Shown here: positions 54,077 to 64,000 of the stretch, piece by piece
How positions within the stretch are numbered: position 1 is the stretch's first letter
How the letters are laid out: every line of letters begins with the position of its first letter
From: Camelus dromedarius
Lineage: Eukaryota
Assembly (NCBI RefSeq): GCF_036321535.1
Contig: NC_087438.1
Location: forward strand, 9,302,001 to 9,366,000
DNA length: 64,000 nucleotides
Direction of reading: 5' to 3'
The notes under the pieces: model-generated
What the model saw: the letters and a program-made list of their open reading frames with translations, nothing else
Told to the model about the DNA's origin: nothing
Database searches by the model: none
Position numbers and translations under genes: made by a program

Positions 54077-56466
54077 CTTGAATGTGATTGGTAGAGAAGA
54101 AAATAGCAACACAAAAGCAATTTTGAGTAATTAACAGCGATCTTAATAATTCACATCACAGAAGCAGCCTGTTTATGCTGAGACTCCTTGATATCTGCTT
54201 AATAAATATTTCAAGTCTCTGTAGTCTTTGAAAGTGTGGTCACAATTGAAGCCATAAAGCTATGGAAAAAAAACTGTCATCATTAAACCCAACCCAGAGT
54301 AAATATTCATGTGATGTAATCTGTGCCCAGATTACTTACCTGTCCCCCACAACCTCAGCAACCACCTACCTAGATAAAGGCTCCTACCACCACAGCTGAA
54401 TGGAAGATTTAGGAGGGCCAACTAGAAGAAAATGGGCTACTTATAGTCCCTTGGGTTAGAAGGAAGTCAGGCAAATTAAAGTGACTCCCAAGGTTATGGA
54501 GTCTGACTTTTACAAAGTAGCCATAGAAGCAAAACACTGAGACGATTTGTTATCAGGACCAGAAACTATTGAAAATGTTTAGAAGGCTTCTACTTCTGAA
54601 AGGACAACGAGAAACCTTGATCTAAGTAGGTACACAAAAGCTCCTCCATCTCGTTGTCTCAGGGGGATTATGTGTCACATTAAATAGAATATCTTGGACT
54701 ACTCGGGTTATTTGATTTATGAGACTACTGTGCCGGAATAATTTGGGAGAATTTCAAAGAATATATGGAGGCTTCGGGTAAAACAAATAAAGGAATTCTC
54801 CTCTCCTAGTTATGAACATTAGAGCGAACATTCATCACTGTGGGCAGCTGCAGATGAATTTCTGAATCACAGATCTGCTGCTGTCTTAGTGGGCCTGCTG
54901 CCAGGTGGAATTGGGAATTTTGTTTCTATTAGAGTGAAACTCTAATAATGCCAGGGATTTTTGGTATTAACAGGTTTGATAAATAAGAATATATGAAGAT
55001 ATACCTGTTAACTCCATTTCTTACATTTAAAGAAAACTGTATTAGTGCTAAAAGCAAAGAAGGCACCAAATGAGGGTCAGCTCAATTTTCTAGGTACAAG
55101 GCAGAATGACACTAACAGCCCATTTCTGAAAAGATGTTAACAAAATTAAGTATTAAGTTCCCAGAATTGCAAAATGATGCTCATTTTTATATTTTTATTT
55201 TTAGTGTTCTAAGCTTTAAATTGTCCAATTGAAATATAAACACCATAGTTGAAATATTCACTATGACTGGCTGTATATTTCTGTAAAGGCATTATGCCTA
55301 TATTTTGACTATAAATAGATACATAAGATCAAATTTAATGAACTACTTGAACATTCACATTTGTTGTGTTTTCTTAAGATGAACTAGTTAATGATAAAAC
55401 TCATAATTCTTCAGAATGAACTTATTCAACGAATCTATGACAAATCGTTCTGCCAAATCCCTTCTCTGACATTCAATCCAACATTCGCATTTAAATACAA
55501 TTTTGTACTTAGTGTTTTCTTTTTGCTTTGAAAAAAAAAAAAAAAGCCATGTTGAGGTCTTGGAAAATATGAGCATAAAGAGTAAACAAAAGTACCATTT
55601 TTCTTTGTATAGAATATTAAAGATCTTTAAACAAAGCTAAATCCATTTTTTTCAAATAGAATGGAAATTTTTGTTTTTAGCCTTTTTTTTTAGATAATTC
55701 CAAAGATATGTTATATTTTATTATCAATTTAAAAATGGACAATACTAAATTAGGCAAACATTTTTTGACCGGTGTCTTAGGCTTTATGAGAATTATAGCA
55801 CATTTGTATGGACTTTTCCACTTTTGTAAATGCAGTAATAATTCCTAACCTGTAGCGTATTTAGCTATAACTTTATAAGCTAAATGAGATGAAATTACAA
55901 AAAGGTCCCATTACACTAATGAAGTCAAACATATAAAATTACTATATTAATTTGTAATTGATGATATCATTCATTTTTTGTTTTTATTTAAATATTTCAT
56001 TTTATTAGCCAAATTTCTGGAATATAACCTCTCTGCAAAATTTATTTTTGTCTTTTATTTAAGTAGCAGAGACAATTTATAGGAAACCAATGATCAAGAC
56101 TTGTTTCTATAAGTAATTGGGGACAGTACCTATGTGGCCTGACCATTTTCATTTCTACAACTATATCCCGTATAGTGAGAAGCATTATAAGATCCACGTT
56201 TTTAAAGAATGTAGCAATTTATTTCACCAGAATTAATCACTATACCATAAAAAGCAACTGTCTCATTTAAGAAAGATTTCAACCTCAATTTTTGGGGGAA
56301 AACATTTTTTGTTGCTTTATTTTCCTCAAAGTCTAGTAAGAAAAGTCTAAGCTATTTCATGGTCCACTATGTAGTGACCCACAGGATAAGCATGACAAGA
56401 CAAGCCTCCCGTCCCCAGCAACATCCTCATCTCATGATCCTCCACCGCTGGCACCAGCACACCTAC

Positions 56467-56557
56467 CATTTGGTCGAGGATTCCCATCCCAAGAATTGTT
56501 CAGGTGGGTTAATAAAGATTGGGAAACAGCGGCTGCAATGTCATGGTCGAAAAATGT
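56467..56557 (-). other. Candidate spliced exon (91 nt), gene unknown
   Basis: Minus strand: branch-point-like GCTAAC, tract ttcttcttctttgacatag, donor ATG|GTAGGT. Open frame TFFDHDIAAAVSQSLLTHLNNSWDGNPRPN. Locally retained CpGs. Confidence 0.4.
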
Positions 56558-56919
56558 CTATGTCAAAGAAGAAGAATTTTAGTTAGCAATATTTGTCATT
56601 CCTTTTGCAGTGGATACCATAAGTACTACTAAATTTTAAATAAACAATTACGTAGTGTTACATAATAAATATGTAGAGATCAAATGGGCCATGTTATACT
56701 TCCATAACCGTTATTTTTATCTGTGATTAATTTATACATGTATTTTTCTAAGATGCAAAGAACTTTAGGTTTTTAAAAGGGTTCTAAAATGCATCTAGAG
56801 AGACACATTTAGTTCTCTTTTAGGCATTGTGAAGTATGAGGAAATACTATGATCCTGGTGAAAGTGTAGACCCTGGAATAATTTTTTTAAAAAAATGCAA
56901 GGAGAGCATAGTAATATTT

Positions 56920-57100
56920 TTGGAAGTTTAACCTTCAGACCACCTCCACTGGATCACCTGTGGTGCTTACTGAAAATGGAGTGGCTGGATTTTGCCCTAG
57001 GTCCAACTAGGTAGAGTCTCTGAGGATGAATTTATTGACTATGCATCTTTAAGAAGCTCTCCAGCTGATTTTTATGTGCACTAAAGATTGACAATCAGAG
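56920..57100. mobile_element. MER5-family hAT-Charlie MITE
   Basis: ggatcacctgtggtgcttactgaaaatg...tgcatctttaagaagctctccagctgatttttatgtgcactaaag. Confidence 0.7.
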
Positions 57101-57499
57101 TAAAATGGGTTAACAATGATGTAAGAGATATAATGTATGTAGTGAGAAAGATCATCATGGAGACGAGAGTAAGGAGTGTTGCACAGGAAAGAAGTCAATG
57201 GGGGAGAGAGGATATGACACATTTCCCTTAAGAACAAACATAACACTTGCAGAAAAATCATTTTCTTTCCATTTGTAAAGACCAAAAGGCAAAAATATGA
57301 ATTTCCTGGTTTGAGAACCAATATGTTTGGATATAAGGACCGAAGATTAAAGTCAATGGAACCAGTGTTCTGGGCACATAGACAATTCTCAAAAACTATT
57401 CATGGGTTGAATAAATTGACAAAGATCTTAAGTGAAGGACTGAGGAGCTGAAAGGTGTTCTTTGAAATAAACAATATTAATCAATATAATTTATTTCAA

Positions 57500-57640
57500 A
57501 TACTTTCTATAAAATGCTCTTTTTATCTTTCCCTTGATGCTCAAAACAACTCTCAGGGTGAATAGATATTCTCCTAAATTACAAAGTAGAAAATTCAGGC
57601 TTAGAAAGATTAGAGTAACTTGCCTGACTTTGTCTAGCTA
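57500..57640 (-). mobile_element. MIR fragment
   Basis: ctcaaaacaactctcagggtg...gaaaattcaggcttagaaagattagagtaacttgcc. Confidence 0.6.
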
Positions 57641-58536
57641 CTCAGTGAACCTATGTGTTATTTATGCTCAATGTCCATCCATTGGACATTGCCTTTCGCA
57701 TCATAGAAAATTCGGCCAGTGGGACAATACCCCATATAAAATAAGTTCAGTGCTTTAGTAATCCACATTCTCTATCTAGTTCTTTGTGAATCTTATTTTC
57801 TAAATGAAATTGCCCATCTTCCTTTAGAACACATATTGTTCTATATGAATTATTTTCTACTATTTTCTGGGGGAAAAGAGTCTAGTTTTTTTTTCAATAT
57901 ATGCTATATTTATTTTTATAAGTTTATACTGAAAGCTTCGAGTCTCTACGTATAATCATGACATTGTTTTTTAAAGTTAAAAACTTTCCTTTTCTTTCAA
58001 AAAAATCAGCCAATTGATCCTAATGCTGCACTAAACAGCAAGCTATAATTATTTTCATGATTGGTTTGCTCAAAAGCCTAGAAATAACTGTGGGGTGAGA
58101 ATGGTTAATGAGTACAACACATTAGCCTATATTTATTGTTTCTTTTTGGAAATGAGATTGTGATTTCAATTTAGATTACAATCACCAGGTCTGCACATCA
58201 CTGAATCATCATCACATAATCTACACTGCTTGCCTCAGTGGTATTACAATAACAGCAATTCTAAACTGAGACCTAACAGTCAGAAATAAACACAGTTTAA
58301 AATTCTCATATCTCAAAATTGTGCGGTTTCAAGAAATGAGAGGAGCTTAAAATTATTGCCAAGCTGTCACCTTGTAATTTAATTAGTCTACATTGTTGGT
58401 TCTCAAAGTTTGTCTCATCATTTTTCAATGAGTCTCCAAATTTCCTCCAAGTAAGTTATTGGGGAGAGTCCAGTAGTTCTTATTATAAAGTGGAAGGAAG
58501 GAAGGAATAAAGACCTACCCTAAAAGGTTTGTGCCC

Positions 58537-58887
58537 TTCTATGGGCTGAATGTTCATCACTCCCCCACCAGATTCATATATGGAAGCTTTAACTCCCACT
58601 GTGATGGTACTTGGAGATGAGGGTTTTAGGAGGTAATTAGGTTTGGATTAAGTTATGAAGCTGGGCTCCTCGTGATGTCCTTAAAAGAAAAGCGTGAGAG
58701 ACCAAGGAAAGGCCATGAGAGTACACAGTGAGAAGGTGATCATTCTTAAGCCAAGAAGCAAGCCCTCATCAAGAACCGAATCTGCTGGCACTTGATCTTG
58801 GACTTGTCAGCCTTCAGAACCGTGAGCTACTGTTAGAACCACTCAGTCTATGGTCTTTTGTTATAGGAGCCCAAGCCGACTAAGACG
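58537..58887 (+). mobile_element. MLT1A/MLT1A0 MaLR solo LTR
   Basis: Both termini present (ttctatgggctgaatgtt ... gcccaagccgactaagac); internal gaaccgaatctgctggcacttgatcttggactt. Confidence 0.9.
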
Positions 58888-58958
58888 AGACCTGTTGATA
58901 TTCCTGCTGCTATTTAGCTTGAAAAAATATTGTATTTGCTTCCCATGTCATTTGGTTC

Positions 58959-59399
58959 TGTATTAGTTAAGATTCTCTAGAGAAATGAAACCAACAGAAT
59001 ACAAGGAGATATACATGAAGAGATTTACTATAGGAATTGGCTCACACAGTTATGAGATGTCCCCTGCCTGCAAGCTGGAGAGCAAGGAAAGCCAGTGATG
59101 TAATGCAGTTTGAGCCTGAAAGCCCTAGAACCAGGAACATCCGTGTCTGAGGGCAGGAAAAGATAGATGTCTCAGCTCGAGAAGTTAGCGAATTCACCTT
59201 TTCTTTTCTGTCTTTTTGTTCTATTGAGGCCCTCAATGAATTGGATGACTCCTACCGGCATTGGTGAGGGTGATCGTCTTTAGTGGGTCTACTGATTCAA
59301 ATTGTAATCTCTTCCTCATAGACATATCCAAAAGTGTTTTACAAGCTATTGCCGCATCCCTTAGACCAGTCAAGTTAACAGATAAGATCAACCATCAGA
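58959..59399 (-). mobile_element. MLT2B-like ERVL solo LTR
   Basis: tgtattagttaagattctctagagaaa ... ccagtcaagttaacagataagatcaaccatcaga. Near-TSD ggttc/ggtac. Confidence 0.9.
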
Positions 59400-60665
59400 G
59401 GTACTAATTGTGGATATGAGTTAGTTCAGGCAAGGACCTGGGAGCCTAGATTAAGATGAATTAGAGCCTTGTGTTCAAAGATAAATGGGAGATTGTGTGT
59501 GTATGTGTATGTATGTGTGAGTCTGTGTTTGTATGTGTGTGTATTTCAGTGTTGAGAGAAGTCTCTGAGGATATTTTAATCTAAGTAATTCAAGTATAAT
59601 CATTTGAGGATCATCCTCATTGGATCATGTTGAGGAGCTGAAATTTCAATCAACACCAGGGTAGAGTTAAATAACCTGTATCTAGTTCATCTCACTGGAG
59701 CTTTTACAATGTGAATATATCTGCTATGGTGTTTGTTTTAAAGATACAGCTGTGAATGCCAGAAGAAAAAAAAGTTGGTCCATGTAAAGAGTCAGGAGTG
59801 CCTCCCAGGAGTAAAAGATGTTTCTCTTTTCTACTCGAGGTCATTCCCACAGAGAGCCTCAGGGAAAACTTCTTTTTATTCACAGATCCAGGAATCTACT
59901 GTAAAATAATGAAGGTGGGTGTCAGTCTGGCCCACAGCAGCGCAATAATGATGCAGACATGATAAGCCTTGAGGAATTCCTCTGCACAGTGTTGTGTTGG
60001 AGCAGCAAGTCATCATTTCCATGGCAGAGAGAGCTGCCATTTTCCTTTAGCCAATGGTTTATTTTGTGTCATGTATTTGAGTCCACAGGAGATATGGGTG
60101 GGGGGAGATTTAAAAAAACTGAGTAAACTATCATTTTTTTACTAGAATGAGAGTAAAAATGAGGCAAACGTATAGGCCCTCACCTTTTCTTGCCTCAATT
60201 ACTAATGTAGACTTTTTTATACTATTCAAGAGGCTGAATCATCTGGATAATTAACTCAATAGCTTCTTACTACCAATTCCTCTTCTTTACAACTTAGATG
60301 GGTCATAAAGAATTCGTGTGTCAAAAAGTGAACAGAATTGAAAATTTCTAATTCTTTAAACAATTTATACTGTCATAGATCTGTTTAAAATACTTTATAG
60401 TATTTGTCTATTAAATTGAAAAGTATGTAGACATTACAAAATAAGACAATACTTCAAACACAAAATTATAGGATTATATTTATTTCATATACCTTAATAA
60501 CCTCAACTTCAAAACCCCTAAAAGTAAGAGCAGGATTATCTATGTATTGCCAATGTCTACCCCAACCAACATTTGCTGATGTGGGTGTTTAGAATAGAAC
60601 CTCAAGATGAGATTAGCTCAGACTTACATTGGTCAAATCATGCAGATTTAATCTTTAATCTTCCC

Positions 60666-60889
60666 TTTTTTTTTTTATTGTGGAAAGACTTATGTAACAT
60701 AAAAGGTACCACTGTGTGCATTTTTAAGTGTAAAACTCAGTGGCATTGATGATATTCAACATGTGCCACCATCATCACTATTTCCAGAATTTTTATTACC
60801 TCAAACAGAAACTTTGCAGGCACTACATAATAACTCCAAATTCCCCATTCCCCTAGCCCATGATAACCTCTGCACTAATTTCTACCTCT
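60666..60889 (-). mobile_element. L1MB-like 3' end (continues at 61765-61812 after the MER21 insertion)
   Basis: Poly-T then attgtggaaagact...ccatcatcactatttccagaatttttattacctcaaacagaaac. Resumes as atgaatttgccaattctaggtatttcatataagtagaat. Confidence 0.85.
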
Positions 60890-61763
60890 TTCCTGGCTGC
60901 AATTTCCAGTGTGAAGAGGGGTTTCCCAAACATACAATAAGCAATTCTCTGGACACCAGCTGGGTGTCCTACAATTCAGATCAATTCTCTTGCTCTCTAC
61001 CTCGAGATAGTATAAGGATTCAGTCCTGTAAGACTGCTCACCCCACCACCACTGCAGATGCCAGTCCCAAGCCCAGATTGTCACCTGTGCTTCTGACTGC
61101 CTGGCTAGAAATTAAAGGCTCTAAGAACAGCCTATTTGGATTTCAGACACCAGTTGACACCAGTTGACACCAGTTGTAAGTCCAGCTTGTCACTTGTACT
61201 TCTAACCAATTGGCTATAAATCAAAAGTTCCCCTTTTTGGGTTTGATTAATGTGCTAGAGTAGCTCACAGAACTCAGAGAAACATTTTACTTACTAGATG
61301 ACTAGTTTATAATAAAAGGATATAACTCAGGTACAGCCAGCTAGAGATGCACAGGGAGAGGTATGTGGAAGGAGCATAGAACTTCCATGTCCTCTCCAGA
61401 TGCTCCACTTTCCCCAAATCTTCATCTGCTCGCCAACCTAGAAACTCTCCATATCCTGCCCTTTGGGTTTTCATGGAAGCTTTATTACATAGGCAGAATG
61501 ATTAAATCATTAGTCATTGGAGATTGATTCAGCTTCCAGCCTCTCTCCCCTCCTGGTCAGGGATATAGGGCTGAAAGTTCCAACCCTCTAACCACATGGT
61601 TGACTCCTCTGGCAATCAGCTCCCATCCTTACTTGAGGTCCCAAAGTCACCTCATTAACATAAAAAAAGATACATTTGCTGCTCTCATCACTTAGGAAAT
61701 TCCAAAGACTTGAAGAGCTCTGTGCTCTAAATGAGAGGAAGACCAAATGTAATCATAACTACA
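60890..61763 (-). mobile_element. MER21 (B/C-like) LTR nested in L1MB
   Basis: aagcaattctctggacaccagctgggtgtcctacaattca; gctcacagaactcagagaaacattttacttactag; ttaggaaattccaaag...gaagaccaaat. Confidence 0.85.
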
Positions 61764-62270
61764 CCATGAATTTGCCAATTCTAGGTATTTCATATAAGTA
61801 GAATAATATGTTTTTAAAATTTTCTATTTCCCTTCCTTTTCCTTCAGCTACTTAGATCCACATTCTATAATAATTGATAAAACCTCCTCAAAATATGATA
61901 CCCATCCCATCCCATTGCCCAAAGCTCCAGATTGAGTAATCATTTTACTACTTTAATTGAGCAAGAGAATCTATCTGTCTTCACCAAGTTTTGTGGAAGA
62001 TTGACAGACCATTCTCTTAGACTAATGTCCACTACACTGGAAAAAAACCAAGTATATTGTTTCTTTAAGTTTTTTTTTTAAATTTGTTCAGAAAAAAAGA
62101 AACTTACAGAAATTCTTCTAGATGTGCTTGTGTCTCAATTCAAGAAATAAATTACTTTCTGTTTTGATTTTGGGTTTTTTTGGAATTGTTCATCAGCATG
62201 AACAAGACTGATCCAGTCATCTCCTTAATGGCTCCATTCCCACCGAGTTTCTGCCCTTCCTATGTATAAG

Positions 62271-62342
62271 CAATGACCTTACTGGAAGTGTTTATCATTA
62301 TAAACAAAAGTGATGTTATTGGTGACATCATTGCTCACTTCA
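62271..62342 (+). pseudogene. VAMP7-like pseudogene, putative first coding exon
   Basis: Acceptor tttctgcccttcctatgtataag, ATG at 62273, MTLLEVFIIINKSDVIGDIIAHF, then phase-1 donor A|GTGAAT. Length and hydrophobic start fit VAMP7 MAILFAVVARGTTILAKHAWCG, but identity is low. Confidence 0.4.
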
Positions 62343-63287
62343 GTGAATATCATCCTATTGTCTCTGAAGCTTCATCTTAACATCCTGTCACTTAGAATCC
62401 GAAGTTAGTTAGTGGTCTATGTCTCACTTTTTTTTATGTAGAGACAAATGATGCATAAACTGTTGATGATAGAAGTAGAATAAGAGCTTCCATTTCAACA
62501 TGGGAAAATTCTCAGCTTGTTCATCTTGTCTGACAGATTTCCAACAATATTTCCTTGACAATTATCATTATTCATGGACTTTATTTGCACAGAGACTTCA
62601 AATAACTTCCTGCCATTTTAATTAGTGGTTTCTGTTCACACTATAAAAATTCAGAATGCAGGTGTTGGATTCATGCAGTTAATTAATAATAACCATGATT
62701 TGGATAAAGCAAAATATTTTGAAACACAAACCTAGAAGATAAATATGTACTGGTACACAGTGTAAATAACATGGATGGCACTGCTGTGTAGCTGCCGTAA
62801 AGCAGTAAATTCCCATGGAGATCATTTCAATCTAAGTTTCAGAATCCTAGAGACTCTTACTACATTACCTGAACACTTAGAATAAAGCCTTGCCACATAA
62901 TTCCTAAATCTTTAAGTATTACCAATGCATCTGTCGTTTGATTTTTTTAATTTATTTATCAATAATGCCACATGAAGAAAAGGAAATGTCATCTTAACCA
63001 TTTTGCACATTTTTTTCCCTCCACACACATGAACCTGAATTTGATTCCATTTTCCATAGATTATTGAATTATTCTCTGATTGATAAAAATAATTTCTCAG
63101 GATATATTACTTTTCAGATATAATAAAAATATCCAGATACTATAATTACAACCTAAAAAATATATAAACATATATTATGCTAATATATTAATATATTAGA
63201 TATAATGATTATGATTATTATCAATTGAATAACATTTTTTTAACATTATATGTGTTTAAGTTAGTGAAATTCCTCAATTTTTCAAAG

Positions 63288-63454
63288 GAAATTTTTATGA
63301 ATATTGGCTCTGTAAGACGAAATGTCAGATCCGAACTGAAATTTGTCAGTTAGGTATAATTCTGTAATATACATTGCTTGATTTGCTTATGTATAAAACA
63401 TTATCATAATTTAGTTGAGATACAGCATAAAATATCTAATATTCTAACCACCAG
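63288..63454 (+). pseudogene. VAMP7-like pseudogene, longin mid-region exon(s)
   Basis: Acceptor ttcctcaatttttcaaag, then (G/R)NFYE / IGSVRRNVRSELKFVS* vs VAMP7 GNFLEVTEQILAKIPSENNKLTYS. Then KHYHNLVE / YSIKYLIF / NHQ vs YLFHYICQDRIVYLCITDD. Donor CAG|GTAAAG. Needs three 1-nt frameshifts. Confidence 0.5.
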
Positions 63455-63587
63455 GTAAAGGAAACCGTATGATGTTTCTTTGCAAATCTTAGTGGAAAAG
63501 GCTCTTCCAAGAAACTATCCATTGGCTCTAAGTTTCTTCTCAGAATACTGTCTTCTATTTATTGCAGTTTAGATTTCTACATCCAAG

Positions 63588-63725
63588 CAAGAAGTAAGCA
63601 AGCCGTAATGGGATTTCCTAACAAACTTGAAAAAGAAATTCTTGCAGACATACACAAAGAAAGAAAATTGGAAGATACAAAATGTTGCAAGAGCGAATTT
63701 TGAGATGGATTTGAAGCATCATTTG
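63588..63725 (+). pseudogene. VAMP7-like pseudogene, longin C-terminal helices exon (138 nt, phase 0/0)
   Basis: AG acceptor at 63586-87, donor TTG|GTAAAG. QEVSKP*WDFLTNLKKKFLQTYTKKENWKIQNVARANFEMDLKHHL aligns gap-free to VAMP7 69-114 DFERSRAFNFLNEIKKRFQTTYGSRAQTALPYAMNSEFSSVLAAQL (10/46 identities). One in-frame TAA. Confidence 0.72.
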
Positions 63726-63928
63726 GTAAAGAGCTGTCTTCACTCAAGATGACTAAGCAAAAAGATGTAAAATTATTTAGGCTATTAATAAACATATCTT
63801 TCTTTTTTAATTTGCTATGGGAAAAAATATTGGTTTTGGAAATAATTGATTTTGTTGACTATCATTACTAATACATTTATTGAATGACAATTGTCATCAT
63901 AGAATGTCAACTTTTATTTGCCTTTCAG

Positions 63929-64000
63929 TTAAAAAAAAAATCCCAAGAATTTATATTTAGAAGGTCAGTTCACTTAAATGACAGTTTAACTATGCTATCA
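63929..64000 (+). pseudogene. VAMP7-like pseudogene, start of the R-SNARE exon (partial)
   Basis: Strong acceptor cttttatttgcctttcag. After an A10 run, I*KVSSLK*QFNYAI parallels VAMP7 LDKVMETQAQVDELK, in exact register if the run were A8. Confidence 0.55.

Larger units (their letters stand above)
62271..64000 (+). pseudogene. Unprocessed (intron-containing) pseudogene of a divergent VAMP7-like longin R-SNARE, truncated by the window end
   Basis: Five ordered exon-like segments (62271-62342, 63288-63353, ~63395-63454, 63588-63725, 63929->64000). Their translations follow the VAMP7 longin domain into the SNARE motif, with multiple stops and frameshifts. Confidence 0.7.

Noticed and set aside
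60763..61167. 134-aa ORF
   Set aside because: Spans the L1MB/MER21 junction; chance open frame in repeat sequence.
62343..62420. Read-through of segment A (SEYHPIVSEASS*HPVT*NPKL) as the continuation of the longin domain
   Set aside because: The NFYE...VRSELKFVS segment at 63288 matches VAMP7 better and has its own acceptor. Kept only as a less likely alternative.
62500..62580. FQQYFLD phrase reminiscent of hAT/Charlie transposases
   Set aside because: Too short, with no TIRs or further motifs.
63577..63795. Minus-strand 72-aa ORF
   Set aside because: Antisense shadow of the plus-strand VAMP7-like exon; no independent support.
1..64000. CRISPR arrays, operons, tRNA/rRNA genes, CpG island
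   Set aside because: No regularly spaced repeat-spacer units, long ORFs, RNA-gene signatures or CpG-rich island seen; the sequence is mammalian intergenic/intronic DNA.

Overview
AT-rich, CpG-depleted mammalian genomic DNA. It is very probably camelid (camel/alpaca/llama), judging from several young, TSD-flanked L1 3' ends of the type I recall from camelid genomes. No intact protein-coding gene, RNA gene, CRISPR array or prokaryotic feature is supportable. The listed ORFs are short chance ORFs, microsatellite translations or decayed retroelement frames. Much of the window is transposon relics: old L1M, L2, MIR, MaLR/ERVL LTRs, MER21, Tigger-derived MER44 and MER2, and MER5. The most interesting signal is missed by the ORF track. 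At 62271-64000 (+), running off the window end, is a heavily disabled, intron-containing pseudogene for a divergent VAMP7-like longin R-SNARE. Five exon-like segments occur in the correct order, one of them a 138-nt phase-0/0 exon aligning without gaps to VAMP7 residues 69-114. Secondary items: a four-part trinucleotide microsatellite at 35785-35958, an 18-bp perfect direct repeat 500 bp apart, a possible twin-primed L1 inversion, nested insertions, and isolated exon-like segments that may belong to lncRNAs. All family names and alignments were made by eye from remembered consensus or protein sequences; repeat boundaries are approximate.
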